DNA of 64,000 nucleotides from Blastocladiella emersonii ATCC 22665 (taxonomy: Eukaryota > Fungi > Blastocladiomycota). Numbering within the stretch: the stretch's first letter is position 1; each line of letters opens with the position of its first letter. The translations under genes and the position numbers were made by a program. The notes beneath the pieces were generated by a model that worked only from the letters and a program-made list of their open reading frames with translations, was not told where the DNA came from and searched no databases. The stretch lies in the NCBI GenBank assembly GCA_025594325.1, contig JANHCV010000001.1:2108001-2172000 (forward strand), read 5' to 3'. This document shows, in pieces, positions 18,460 through 31,070 of the stretch.

Positions 18460-21400
18460 CTAGTACTTGGCCACAACGCGCCCGTCGCGGCCGGACCCGA
18501 CCCGCCGCCGTGACGTCCCGCGCGCCCTGCCCTCGCCCGCCTGCTGCTGCTCCGCGGCCACGGCGCCAGCACCGCCGCCCTTGCCCTCGCCGAGGTACAT
18601 GAACCCGCCCGGCCGGCGCACGCGGATGTGAAGGTCGCGCAGGACCTGGCGCCTTGTGTGCCGCCACTTGGCGCGGTCGCGCGCCTCGAGGAACCGCACC
18701 CGCAGCTTGTCGTCGTCCCACGACAGGTACCCGGACAGCGGCAGCGCGTTCTTGATGCGCGTCTGCCCGTCGAAGATGGTCATGCACGCGAGCTCGACGA
18801 GGTCGTCCTCCTGCTGCCCCGCGTCGGCTGGCGACGTGGTTCCGTACAGCGCCACCGCGTCCTTCTCGTCGGCCCACGGCGCGACGCGTGTCCGGCGACG
18901 CACCCGCATCGCGCGCGCGGCGGCGGCGGCCGCGGCGGCTGCGCCGGATGGGCCTGTGGCTGAAGGGTACTCGTCGTCGTCGTCGTCGTACAGCGTGTCG
19001 TCGTCGTCATCCTCGTCCTCGTCGTCGTCGTCCGGGAACCCGACCAGGTCCAGCGTGCTGGTGCTGTTGGCCGCCGACGAGGAGAACGAGTAGGTGCGCG
19101 ACCCGCGCGCACCAAGCCGCGTCCCGCCCGGCGTGTTCGCGGCCGCGGCGAGCAGCGCGTTGATGGCCCGCGGCGTCCGCCGGCCGCCGACTACGCGCGC
19201 TGTGATGCTCGACGGGAACTGCGGGAGGTCGCGTTTCGCGCCGCCACCGGTACTCGTCGAGGACGGTTGGGCCGCGGCCGGCGCGGGGGCAGGTGCGGAG
19301 CTGGATGAGGACGAGGAGCCGCCCATCATGATGGCCTCGAACCGCTGCCGCGCGCCGCGCGCGTCCTCGTTCTTGACGTGCGCCCACCTACACGCGAACG
19401 AGGGTCGTGAGCAACAGATCGAGCTACCGAATGCGCAGCGCGAGAACGTACTTAGAGAGGTAGTCCGACACGCCCCATCGCACGACCCACTCCTCGCCAA
19501 AGTACTCGCCGGGCCCCTTGCGCGCGACGCGCACGCGGACCGTCTTGAGCCGCGGCGGTGGCGCTGCGGGATCCCTTGGCTCCGTCGCCGGCGCGCGGTA
19601 CTCGCCGTCGGGCCCGACCTCCATGACCACGTCGCGGTAAATGTCGACGAACCCGCGCCGGATGAAGAAAAACTCACCGACCGGCTGGCCCTGCCGCAGG
19701 AGCACCTCGCTCGGCAGGCACGTGCGCCAGCGCAGGACCGACGCGATCGCCGACAGGGTCGACGACGAGCCCGAGGTCGTCGCCGTTGCCGCGGCAGCGG
19801 GTGGAGGGGCAGCGCCGCCGGCGCCGTGGACGGAGTGGTTGCTCCCGCCGCCGGGCTTGCCCGACGACGACGACGACGGGACCGCGAGCGTGTTCATGGT
19901 CGCGGCAAAGTTGGGCGTGGTGGGCGGCGCGATCGTGAGGCCAGCGAGCGCGGGGACGCGCGTGAGCAGGGCGATCTTGGCCTGGAGCTCGCGGTGGTGG
20001 ATGGCGCGCGCGATGCGGATGTAGTCGCTCTTCTCGACCGTCAGGAAGATGAGATCGTCGGGCGCCGGCTGCCTTGCCGCCGTGTCGGCGTCGTCCGACG
20101 GCACCAGCGCGCCCTCGGGCAGCACGCAGCACGTCACGGTCGCGGACCGCGGGTTGTTGTTGACCAGCGCCAGCTCGCCGAACCCCTGCCCGAAACTCAG
20201 CGTCGCCACCTTGATGCGCGCCGTCGGTACGCCGATCGGCGCCACGTTGATGTCGACGCGGCCGCGGATCACCACGTACCACCGCGTCCCTGACTCGCCC
20301 TGACGAAACACTTCTTGCCCGGGCCGGAAGTACGCCACCGTCGCCACCTTGCACAGCTGCCGGATCGTGTCGATCCCGGGGCCCGTGCGCCGACGCCGCG
20401 ACGCGCCGGCTGCCGCAGCGAGCGAGCCCGCCGACGCGATGGACGGCCGCGGCGTGCGGCCCTGCGCCGTGCCCCCGCCGCCCGTATCCGCCGCCGCGCC
20501 GTCAGCCCCCGGCGCGTGCAGCTGGACCCCGCTCGACCGCCGCCCCGCGACCTGCTGCTGCTGCTGCTGCTGGCGCTCGTACCGGTTGCGGCCCGTCGAC
20601 ACACGACTGTTGGACGCGGTGGGGGTCCCCGGCCCGATCCCGAGCCCGCCGTTGACGTTGTTCCGCGGATCGTGCTGCGCGAACGGCGCGAACCCGGCCA
20701 TGTTGCGCACCGCCTCGCACAGGACCTCGATATCCTCGGGCGTGCGCTCGATCGGGTGCTTCTGCAGGACCTGCATCGCGGGCCGCGCGATCGTCGCGCC
20801 CCACAGCGCCGCGGCCGCCGCGTCGTACGCGTCTTCGGCGGCGAGGCGGTCGGCGCCCGAGATCGAGATCTTCTTGGATAGCGCGGATTGTAGCGGTTTC
20901 GTGCCGCTGGCGCCGCCGGGGCCGGTCGGGTTGGACGCGGTCGCGGACGACGGGCCCGTCGAGGTGCCGCTGAGCGTGCCGCGGCGCACCATGCTCGCGC
21001 GGCGCGACAGGGCGGGAGACGGGAGCGTGAGCGACGCGCGAGGTCCGTCGACGGGTTTGGTCGGGGTTGTCGTAGGAGCAGCGGCGGGCTTGGCGGGCGA
21101 GGCAGCGGGAGCGACGACGGCGGGGCCGATCACGACGCTGTTGCGGCGCGCTGGCTGCTGCTGTTGGACTGCTGCGGGCGCCGGTGGTACGACCGTCGCG
21201 CGTCCGTTGGCCGTGGTCGCGCCGTCAGCGCCCGCAATCTTGGGCAGCGTCGTCGACGCCGGTTCCGTAGCCGTCGTGGCAAACGAGACCGCGCCGCCGC
21301 CACCCGTCGCGCCCACCACCGCCGCCACGGCCGCCGCCGCGGCGGTATTCGACGGTGCGCCGCCCGTGCTGCGAAACTGGTGCAGGATGCGCTTCGTGAT

Positions 21401-22402
21401 CTCGATATCCTGGGCCTTGACCTCCTCGATATACTTGGACACGTTCGCGAGCACCGTGCCTGCGCGCCATCGGTGCGCGCGGCGCCGCGGCAGCCCGTTG
21501 GCGTCGTACCCGGCGTCGCTGTCGTCGTCGCTCCCGTCCTCGTCCTCGGACTCGCTCGCCGACCCGCCGCGGCGGCGCGGGCTGTGCGTGCGGTGCCGCT
21601 GGCGCCGGGTTGGCGACTTGCCGCCGCCGCGGCCGCGGGGCTCGGCGTCCGGTACGACGCCGCTCGTACGCTGCTGCAGCGCAATGGACGCGCGAATCTG
21701 CGCGGCGGTCGCGGCGTACCGCGCGATGGTGCGGATGGTCCCCTTGGAGTCCATGACGGAGATGGTGGTTTCGTCGACGACGGCCGACTTGCCCGCGTTG
21801 GCGGCCGGGACACTGGCGCGGCGCGCGCGGCCCGACCCCGAGTCGGGGATGAGCGACCCGGCGCCCGGTTTGCCGTGGTAGACGCACGCCTCGACGGCCT
21901 GCATGAACTTGGCGTGGGCCTGGTCGGCGGTCCACACGGGCGCGTCGGCGGCGACGATCGGGAGCGCGACGTTGGACCCGTGGCGGTCGTTGAGCGAGAC
22001 GTGTGAGTTGCGGCGCAGCAGGTCGGCCGCGGGCACGGCGCCGGCCAGCGGCGCGGTCAGGTTGAGCGAGCTCCCACCACCGCCGCCGCCGCCGTGTTGG
22101 TGCGACTGCAGCTGCTGCTCCTGCATCGAGTTGGTCAGGGCGAGGAACCGCGTCGTCAGGTGCATGAGCCGCTCGACGTTGACCTGGGTGTCGGACTCGG
22201 CCGCCGCGCGCTGCGCCTCCTCGAGCCGCGCCTTGAGCTGCGCGCGGAGCTGCCGCGCGCTGTGCGTCTCGGCGCGCGACTGCGACCGCTCGCGGCGGCG
22301 CGGGCGGCCTCGTTCTCGCTCGGTGATGGTCTCGGCGTCCCAGTCTTCATCGCGGGCGGCCGTCGTGTAGCCTGCATCGGCGAGGGCCGGTAGCGGCGTC
22401 AT
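18460..22402 (-). CDS. Cyclic-nucleotide-binding domain protein (two cNMP domains, CNBD2-like); intron near 19390-19480
   Basis: VFRQGESGTRWYVVIRGRVDI…FGELALVNNNPRSATV and LLRQGQPVGEFFFIRRGFVDI…GPGEYFGE; the frame continues in the 18460-19390 exon. Confidence 0.8.
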
Positions 22403-22612
22403 GGTGCATGGATCCCGGTGCGATCAGGGTGCATGGTTGGAGGATCGAAGTGCGCTGCATCAAGTCAAGAATGTGTATTCATTGCGAGAGCGGAGACACG
22501 GGGGAGACGGGAGCGAAGGTGGGGGAGACAGCGCTGCGAGACATGATCGGCGTGGGTCTTCGCCAGCAACGCCCCCTCTCTCGCTCTCGAACCCCATGAA
22601 GCTGATGAAAGA

Positions 22613-24138
22613 ATGACAAACCAAGCCGGGCTTCCCCTCTTTGTCCTCCGCGGGCACGAAGCCGCCGTCGCGTGGTCCAGCTTCTCGCCGAGCGGCAACC
22701 TGCTCGTGTCGTGGTGAGTACGTCGCTCGGGACGGCCACCACAAGCGTAGAGACTGACGCTGTGTCCCGAGGTAGTGACATGAAGGGCGCCGCGATCCTC
22801 TGGAACATGCACACGTTCCTCGCCGTGGCCAAGTGGCAGGCGCACGACGGCCAGGCGCTGTGCTGTCCGTTCCTCACCGACTCGGTGTTCCTGACGTACG
22901 ACCACGCGTCTTCCGTCGCCGATCCGCGCCATCTAACGGTAATTGCTTGACAGAATGGGGCGGAGCGAGTCGATCGTCGTGTGGAACGCAAACCGCGCCG
23001 CCGAGGCAGCAGCATCGCCTCCCGCGGCGCCCGACCCGACCATGGACCCGGCGCTCGCGCCGAAGCAGATTGCGCGCATGGAGGTGCTGAGCATCTCGTT
23101 CTGCCCATGCGAGGTCCTGCAGGGTACGCCCGTCCAAACCGAATGCGAGCCTCAGGCCCTCACGCAAGGACCATGACCGCGTAGTCGAAGACGTCGCAGA
23201 CCAGCTGCAGTTCCTCGTATCGTGTCCGAGCGGCGAGAACCACCACGAGGTACGTCTGTCCGATCTCCGCTTGTCCTCGCACGACGCGCTGACCAAACCC
23301 TCCCAGTTCGACGTGTACCTCCTCACGCTCAACCAAACGGGACCCACAACCGCGTCGTTCGCAACACACTCGCGCCAACTCGGTGCCCAGCGCGACACTC
23401 CCGCGGCCGTGGGTCCGCTCGGTCTGATGCTCCGGCATGCGTGGGTTGTCCAGCCCGGATCCGCGACGCCATACATCATGGCCGGGTACGAGTCGGGCCA
23501 GGTCGTGCAGTGGGGCTGGACTGACGCCGAAGAGGACGGATCCGGGGTCCGTGTCCCGCCGCGGCGGAAACCAACCGTGGTCACGAACGTCAAGCTGCCG
23601 GGCAACCCCGCCGTGACGTGCCTCGTGCCCGACGTCAAAGCCAAGGTCGGTGTCGCGGGGACCGCCGCCCACGGGACGTTTGTGTTCGAGCTGTGGCCCA
23701 GCGTACGTCATTGACGCGTGAGACTCGGACGATGCGCGGGGTACTGACACCCGCGGCGGTGTAGGATCCGGATGCGCCCGTCATCCACCCGCTGGACCTC
23801 GGCGTCGACTTTGCGAGCCTGTCCGAGACCGAGGCGGCCGCGCACAGCGTGCACGCGGTCGCGTTCCGCGGCGATAACAAGCGGATCGCGTGCGGCATGC
23901 GCGACGGGAGGTGCGCGCTCACTAACCTGTCCAGCGCGAGTCCGACAAACTCACCTGAAAGCTGTGTAGCACGCACGTCTTTGCGCGGAGCGGGAAACCG
24001 CTCGCCCGGCTCGCGGGCCACTCGAGCGGGGCCGCGGAACACGTCGTGTTCGGGCCCGGTCCCAGCGGCAGCGGTGACAACTGGCGCGTGGCCGTGTCGG
24101 GACAGGACTCGAAGATCTCGGTGTGGGCGTGTCCGTAA
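22613..24138 (+). CDS. WD40 protein, ASA1/GNB1L-like; multiple introns
   Basis: LFVLRGHEAAVAWSSFSPSGNLLVS|GDMKGAAILWN…KWQAH; AGYESGQVVQW; terminal SGQDSKISVW. Confidence 0.6.
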
Positions 24139-24194
24139 AAGACCTGGTGGTGGTATATTTTTGATACTGTACACTCGAGCGCAACAACGACACG

Positions 24195-25388
24195 TCAGTC
24201 CGCGGCCAGCGCGGTCCCCGTCATCACCGCCGGCGGCTCCTCCTGGTCGCCGACCCGCGCGTGCGCCTTGGCCATCTCGGCGTCCGTGTCCGTAACGACA
24301 ATGGTCGCAGGCGAGTGCACCGGCGCGACTCCGCGGCGCGGCGTGTCGCCCGACTCGTGCTCGTCGTCAGCATCATGATGGTGGTGGTGGTGGTGCGCGA
24401 CGGGCGGCTCGGTCCACTGCGCGGCGGGCTCGAAGCGGGCCATGAGTGAGAGCGGCTCACTGGTGGCGCCGCCGCGGCTTGGCGAGGACGACATTGCCGA
24501 GACCGTGTGCCGGCGGTGGCGGGGCACGCGCTGGCGCGGGTGCGGGTACGTCTCGTCGGCGTTGGCGGCGGTGGTAGCGAGCGCGGCAGCGAGCTCCTTG
24601 CCGCGGCCGCGGCCAATGACACGCGCGCGTTCGGCGCGGCGGCGCGACGCCTCGGCCTCGGTCAGCGGCGACCCGTACCCGCTGTACAGGCGGCGCTGCT
24701 CGGCGTCGGTCAGGTCGTGCACGCTCGTCGCGGTGATCTTGCTCGGCAGCGTGCTCGCGCGCGACCGGCGCGCGTCCGCGATGGCGGTGGTGGCGGGATC
24801 ACGCGCGGTATCAGCGTCTGCGGCGGCATCCGTGTCGCGCGGCGGCGTCGCGAGCGGGGTCACGACGGCGGGCCGCGGGGCGACGAGCACGGAGGTGTGG
24901 TGGCCCTTGGCCCACGACGCGTTCTGAAGCAGCGGCTCGGGCTCGGCGGCGCGTGCAGCCGCGTCCTGCGCGTCGCCCGCGAACGGTGGTGGCGGCGGCT
25001 GCGGCGGTCCGTTCGCGGCGTCGCGGAACCAGCGGAGGACCGGTTCAGCGACGGCCATGATCGGTGCGCGCACGATAGGCCACATGGGGGCGACGAGCCA
25101 GCGCAGCGGCCACGGGACGAGCCGTCGGAGCAGCCAGTCAGCGATCACGGGCGCCATCACGGCGCGCGCGCGGTCGAGGGCGCCGTGGACGCCGTGCGTG
25201 ACGAGGTCGTGCGCGAGGGCGAGCCCCGTCGACAGGTACACGGGCCCGACGGCGAAGACGAGGCCGAGGACGGCGAGCGGGGTCGCTATCAGCGCGCCCG
25301 TCCCGATGGCGAGCACGGCGGCGGTGCCCCAGATGGGCGCCGTGGCGGCGACGATGGCGAGCGTGCGCCAGCTTGCGAGGGCGGGCAT
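24195..25388 (-). CDS. Hypothetical protein with a long N-terminal hydrophobic hairpin
   Basis: About 45 uncharged residues (LAIVAATAPIWGTAAVLAIGTGALIATPLAVLGLVFAVGPVYLSTGL) followed by a low-complexity tail. Confidence 0.65.
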   Translation of the reverse strand: MPALASWRTLAIVAATAPIWGTAAVLAIGTGALIATPLAVLGLVFAVGPVYLSTGLALAHDLVTHGVHGALDRARAVMAPVIADWLLRRLVPWPLRWLVAPMWPIVRAPIMAVAEPVLRWFRDAANGPPQPPPPPFAGDAQDAAARAAEPEPLLQNASWAKGHHTSVLVAPRPAVVTPLATPPRDTDAAADADTARDPATTAIADARRSRASTLPSKITATSVHDLTDAEQRRLYSGYGSPLTEAEASRRRAERARVIGRGRGKELAAALATTAANADETYPHPRQRVPRHRRHTVSAMSSSPSRGGATSEPLSLMARFEPAAQWTEPPVAHHHHHHHDADDEHESGDTPRRGVAPVHSPATIVVTDTDAEMAKAHARVGDQEEPPAVMTGTALAAD

Positions 25389-26050
25389 GGTGAGTGTTGT
25401 GGGGATGGCGGTGGTTTACGTTGATTGCGTGTGATGCATGGGGCTGAGGGGGAGGGGGAGAGAGCGCGGATTCGACACGGCCGGCCGCTTGGCTGGCCAG
25501 GGAAGGGAACCCGCCCGCGTTGCTCACCCCCCACCTCGAACGCGCACGAACCGGGTGGTCCGCGTGGCCAGTCGTTCGCCCGCATAAATTATCGCCGTTG
25601 CGGATTCCCACGTTTCCGCAAAGCGACCGACGCGGAGCAAAAACGTTCGCCCGCGAGCACGAGGACGACCGTGAAGCGAAAAGAGGGACCGCGAGACGCG
25701 GTCATGTGAGCGACGGGCCGCCGTGTCAGGAGGGCTGCGAGACGCGTTGCGCCACGCGCCGCCGCGCAGCCGAGCCGAGCCGACCGCCCCGCGCCGTGCC
25801 GCTGGTCCACCGCTGCAGCCAAGGTTTCCGGGAAGGGTGAGACGTGCGATGCCTCTCGCAAGGGGTCTCTCCCTTTATCTACGCTACAACTCATGTATTT
25901 CGGCCGTGTGCGCCGGCTGTGAGCCCCATCCGAGTCGGCCGCCTCCCCTTCGAGACGACGCGTCACACACGCACGGGATTGCCGGGCTCGGCCTCATCTC
26001 CACCCGCCGCCGCTCCTCCACTCTCCCGAACATCCATCACATCCGACACC

Positions 26051-28413
26051 ATGCAACGATACAAGCTGCTCCATGAAATCGGCGACGGCGGCTTCGGCAC
26101 CGTGTCGCTCGCCATCCACACGCCGTCCGGCGACCGCGTCGCCATCAAGCGCATGAAGAAGAAGTTTGTCTCGTGGGAGGAGTGCGTCAACCTGCGCGAG
26201 GTCAAGGTCCGTTGTCGCCTCGTGCGCACACACCGACGAGTGGGGTGCTGAACCTGCGCGCGCGCGCTCGCTCCGTAGTCGCTCAAAAAGCTCGTGCACC
26301 CGAACATTGTCCGGCTGCGCGAGGTCATCCGCGAGGGCGACCGCCTGTTCTTCGTGTTCGAGTACCTCGAGGAGAACCTGTTCCAGGTCATGCGCAACCG
26401 CAAGGCCGCCGGCGGCCAGTTCTCTGAAACTGAGATACGATGGATCATGTACGTTCGCTCCCTACGCACTCTCGCTCCCGTTCCTCCGCTGACCACATGC
26501 AGCGGGCCCCGCGGCAAAGGTACCAGCTGCTGCTCGGCCTCGCCTACATGCACAAGCACGGCTACTTTCACCGCGACCTCAAGCCCGAGAACCTGCTCCT
26601 CACCGGCCCCTCGAGCCTCTCGCCCGACGCTGCGTCTCCAACATCGTCAACGGCGAGCCCGAGCGGCACGCTCGCAACACCCGCGCCATCGCCCGCGCCG
26701 GGCATGCCCGCGGCCCCGCTCACGACCAAGATCGCCGATTTCGGTCTCGCGCGCGAGCTGCGGTCGCGGCCGCCATACACCGAGTACATCAGCACGCGGT
26801 GGTACCGCGCGCCCGAGATTGTCCTGCGCAGCACCACGTACTCGTCGCCCATCGACATGTGGGCCGTCGGGTGCATGATGGCCGAGCTGTACAACCTCGC
26901 CCCGCTGTTCCCGGGCTCGAGCGAGATTGACCAGCTGTTCCGCATCGCCGGCGTTTGCGGCACACCGACACCCGAACGGTGGCGCGAGGGCGCCCGCCTC
27001 ATCGCCGCCATGAACGTGCGGCTGCCGGCACTGAGCCCCGTCTCGCTCGCGTCGCTCATCCCGCGCGCGTCGCCCGACGCGATCGGCCTCATCTCGGCGT
27101 GCCTCCAGTACGACCCCATCAAGCGGCCGACTGCCGCGTCCGCGCTCAACCACCCGTTCTTTGCCGCGTCGCCCGACTTTAAGGCGTTCCGCGTCGACCC
27201 CGACTATAACATCACGTTCGGCCAGCTGTCTGCGAGCGGGACCTGTACGTCGCGCTCTCACTCGCTGCTGACCATGACCGTGAAGCTGACCCGGTGAGCG
27301 GTGTAGGGATCAACGTCGCGCACACGGCCAGCGACACGGCGGGCGCCACGAGCATCCACAGTCTCGGCTCCAAGACGAGCCTGATCGCGCACTCGGGCGG
27401 CGCCGGTGGCATCGTGCAGGCGCCTCCACAACCGCAGCAGCAGCAGCAGCAGTCGCCAGCGCAAGGGCACCCGCCACGACCGACGGTCCCGCTGCCCGCG
27501 CTGCAGGGCATCTCGGCCCCGTTGCACGACCGCTCGTCTGTGCCGGCCCTCGCACCCTCTCCCGCCGCGGCAGGGTCGGGTACCTCATCGACCACGACGG
27601 GCCTCACCACCTCGCTGAGCCACAGCAACCTCGACGAGCTGCTCGCCGACCTCGACGGTCTGACGCGCGTCGTGCCGCAGTACCTGCCCGCTCTCCCGCC
27701 ACCCGCGCCCATGCGCGGCACCGGCGGCGCGGGCGGCGGCGCGCTGTCGCCGCGCAAGTCGCCGCTCCCTGTGGTCCTCGAGTCGTCGGCGCTCGGATAC
27801 GCGTCGTCGATGCGCCGACCAGGTCCGGATGCCCCGTCGCCGTCCGCCAACTCGGCGTCGATGCCCGGATTCACCTCCACGTCAGCTGCAGCGGCGGCCG
27901 CGGCCGGGATGCGCCGCACGTCCATGTCCACGACGACGCTGCCCGGCCCGCAGCCGCCACCACTCCCTGCCGCCGCGAGCAGCGGGCCCGTGCACAATGC
28001 CGAGTTCTGGCGCGCGTCGAACGCGGCGGCCGCGGCGGTCGCTCCGCCCGCGCACCACCACCACACGCACCTCCCGCCGCTGCATATCCCGCCGCCTTCG
28101 TACCTCGGCGGCGGGGCGGGCGGCGCCGCGGGACCGGCCGCGGGGCTCAGTCTCTCGGCACCCGCGGCGTCGACGGGGCAGAAGTACGGGCTGTGGGGGA
28201 AGCCCGCGGGGCCAGGGCCTGGATCCGCGTCGGTCGCGGGGATGGGACAGCAAACGCAGCACCAGCAACAGCAGCAAGCATTTCAGCAGTCGAGCGGACA
28301 GCAGGCGGTGAGCGGAGGTGGTGGCCACGGCCATGGCCATGGAGTGGGCGCGGTGGCCGCGGCCGTGTCAGGGATCCGGAGGTTCTGGAGCAGGACAACG
28401 CCCGTGAATCCAT
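26051..28413 (+). CDS. MAK/ICK/Ime2-family Ser/Thr kinase with a low-complexity tail; about three introns
   Basis: [19 protein letters not shown]…[26 protein letters not shown], activation loop [15 protein letters not shown]. Confidence 0.92.
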
Positions 28414-28623
28414 GATACAATCGCATTACATACCGAACATGTCGATGAGAGGGGAGCGTGATGAGGTGCGCGCAAGGATAGATGGCCATCGCTCGCGCTC
28501 GCTCAAGGTCCCTGTCGCGCGCATCGATGCGATGTTCAACATTCGTGTATTCTCTTCCCGGTGCAAGCGTGGGACTCGGAGGGTGGGTGGGAGGGAGGGA
28601 GGGAGCGGCGGAAACACGCCGGC

Positions 28624-29364
28624 TTAGGCCTTGATGGCCGCCTCGTAGCGGCGGGCGGCCTCGGCCCAGTTGATGACACCCCACACGTTCTTGAGGTACG
28701 CGGGACGGTCGTTAACGTACTGCAAATAAAAAGCGTGCTCCCACGCATCGACTGCTACGATCGGGGTACTGCCAGTCGTGGCCTCGAGGGGATCCTGGTT
28801 GGGAGTGGTGGTGATGATCAGGCGCTTGAGCTCCTTGTTGTAGGCGAGCCAGCCCCAGCCAGAGCCCTGGAGAGTGCCGGTCTGGGCGTTGAACTTGGCG
28901 ATGAGCTGGTCGAGCGAGCCGTAGTCGCGGTTGATGGCCGCGGCGAGCTCGCCCTGGGGCAGGTCAAAGTCCTTGGGCGAGCACAGGTTGGTCCAGAAGA
29001 GCGAGTGGTTGATGTGGCCGCCACCGTTGAACTTGAGGGCGCCCTGGAGCGCGATCTGGGCGCTCACGTCGTTCTTGGCCTGGGCCTCGGCGAGCTTCTC
29101 CTCGGCGATGTTGAGGTTGTTGACGTAGGCCTGGTGGTGCTTGGTGTGGTGCAGGGTCATGATCTTGTTCGAGATGACGGGCTCGAGGGCGTTGTAGTCG
29201 TAGGCTACACATGGTGTCGAAGATCAGCCGTCGTCGATGGCCGGTCCACGATGACGAGGCGGCGTACGGAGGTCGGGCAGCGTGTGCTTGGCGCGAGCAG
29301 CGGCGGCGCCGGCGAAGGCGCGGGCGGCCGCGGGTCGGACGGCGGCGGTGGTGGTGGCGAGCAT
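28624..29364 (-). CDS. SOD2: Mitochondrial Mn-superoxide dismutase; one intron at ~29207-29272
   Basis: Arg/Ala-rich presequence, [48 protein letters not shown]. Confidence 0.97.
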
Positions 29365-29638
29365 GGTGTTGATACGTTGCTTGTAGCGGGCGAGCGCACA
29401 AGGGGAGCCGGAACGCGATCGGGTCGCCTCGCGTTGGAAGAGCGGGATCCGCGCGGCGAGGTTGGGCAGGGACGCCGCGTGACCGCCACGCGTGCTCATG
29501 TCAGCGCTGAAACCACGTGCGGAAAACCCGCCGGTTTCAGAACGCGTCGGCGCGAGTCGGCCATCACGTAACCTTCGAGCAGTGGCGGCTCGCTCTCTCC
29601 CCAACGGCTCACCCGCTGTATATGAAGCGCTCGTCCCC

Positions 29639-31018
29639 ATGATCCGGACGGCCCTGCCTGCTCTCAACTTGATCTCAGCCGCTCGCCTGCCCACCGCCTC
29701 GGCCTCGCTCGCCCGTCGCACCATCGCCAGTCTCTCTGCTCGACGCATCAACACCCCCTCGCTCCGCACCATGTCGACCGAGGCCACCCCCGCTGTCGGC
29801 ACGCCCGCCGCGCAGCCCGCCGCGCAGCCCGCCGCGCAGCCCGCCGCGCAGCCCGCCGCGCAGCCCGCCGCCGCCGACGGCAAGGGCATCTTCAACTGGG
29901 CGTCCAAGGACGGCGAGTTCCGCCGCCAGGTGTCGTCGTTCCGCGACTGCATCTCGTCGGACCCGGGCGCGCGCTTCACGCCCGAGGCCGGCCGCTACCA
30001 CCTCTACGTGTCGCTGGCGTGCCCGTGGGCGCACCGCGTGCTGATCGTGCGCCAGCTCAAGGGCTTGCAGGATGCTATCACCGTCTCCACGGTCCACTAC
30101 CTGCTCGGCGAGAACGGCTGGGAGTTCCCCGAGTCCGAGGACGACTGCCCCGGCGCTACGTCCGACCACCTCTACGGCCTCCGCTTCCTCAAGGACCTGT
30201 ACTTCAAGGCCGAGCCCAACTACTCGGGCCGCTACACGGTGCCCGTGCTCTGGGACAAGAAGAACCAGACCATTGGTACCGCTGAGCTGCTGTCTCCGCA
30301 GTGTGTGGGGCGTGGCTAACCCTGTGAACTCCCGTGTAGTCAACAACGAGTCGTCCGAGATCATCCGCATGCTCAACACGACCTTTGACGCCTACGCCAA
30401 GCGCCCGGGCATCACCTTCTACCCCGACTCGCTCAAGACCGAGATCGACTCGGTGAACGACTGGATCTACTCGGACATCAACAACGGTCTGCTTGCTTGA
30501 CCAGTTCCGTGGCACTGGCGGTCCGGAAACTAACTCGTTCGTGCATAGGCGTGTACCGTTCGGGCTTCGCCACCTCGCAGGAGGCCTACGACCGCGCCGT
30601 GATCCCGCTGTTCGCGGCGCTGGACCGCGTCGAGGCCATGCTCGCCAAGAAGCACAAGGACGGCCCGTGGCTGCTGGGCAAGGAGTTCACCGAGGCCGAC
30701 ATCCGCCTCTTCACCACCATCGTCCGCTTCGACGCCGTCTACCACACCCACTTCAAGTGCAACCTGAAAACCATTGAGCACGGCTACCCGCACATTCAAC
30801 GCTGGGCCGCCAAGGTCTACGCGCTGCCCGGCGTCGCCAGCACCTGCGACTTTGACCACATCCGCCGCCACTACTACATGTCGCACATCCAGATCAACCC
30901 CTACCGGATCGTGCCCGTGGTACGCTCGCTCGGTTCGGGTCCTGGGTCACGTTTGGACACTGATTCTGACTTCTCGCGATTGTAGGCAAGCGGCCCCGAC
31001 TGGGCCAAGTACCTCTGA
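29639..31018 (+). CDS. Omega-class GST / glutathionyl-hydroquinone reductase (Ecm4/YqjG family); three introns
   Basis: GEFRRQVSSFRD, RYHLYVSLACPWAHR, YTVPVLWDKK, VNNESSEIIRM, NN|GVYRSGFATSQEAY, TEADIRLFTTIVRFD. Confidence 0.93.
29804..29863 (+). repeat. Coding minisatellite (CCCGCCGCGCAG)x5 encoding (PAAQ)5
   Basis: Five perfect 12-bp units in the GST N-terminal linker. Confidence 0.95.
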
Positions 31019-31070
31019 GCATCTCGAGCTCGTGTTCGTGTCGACGCGACAGAGAAGGTATAAATGTCAG

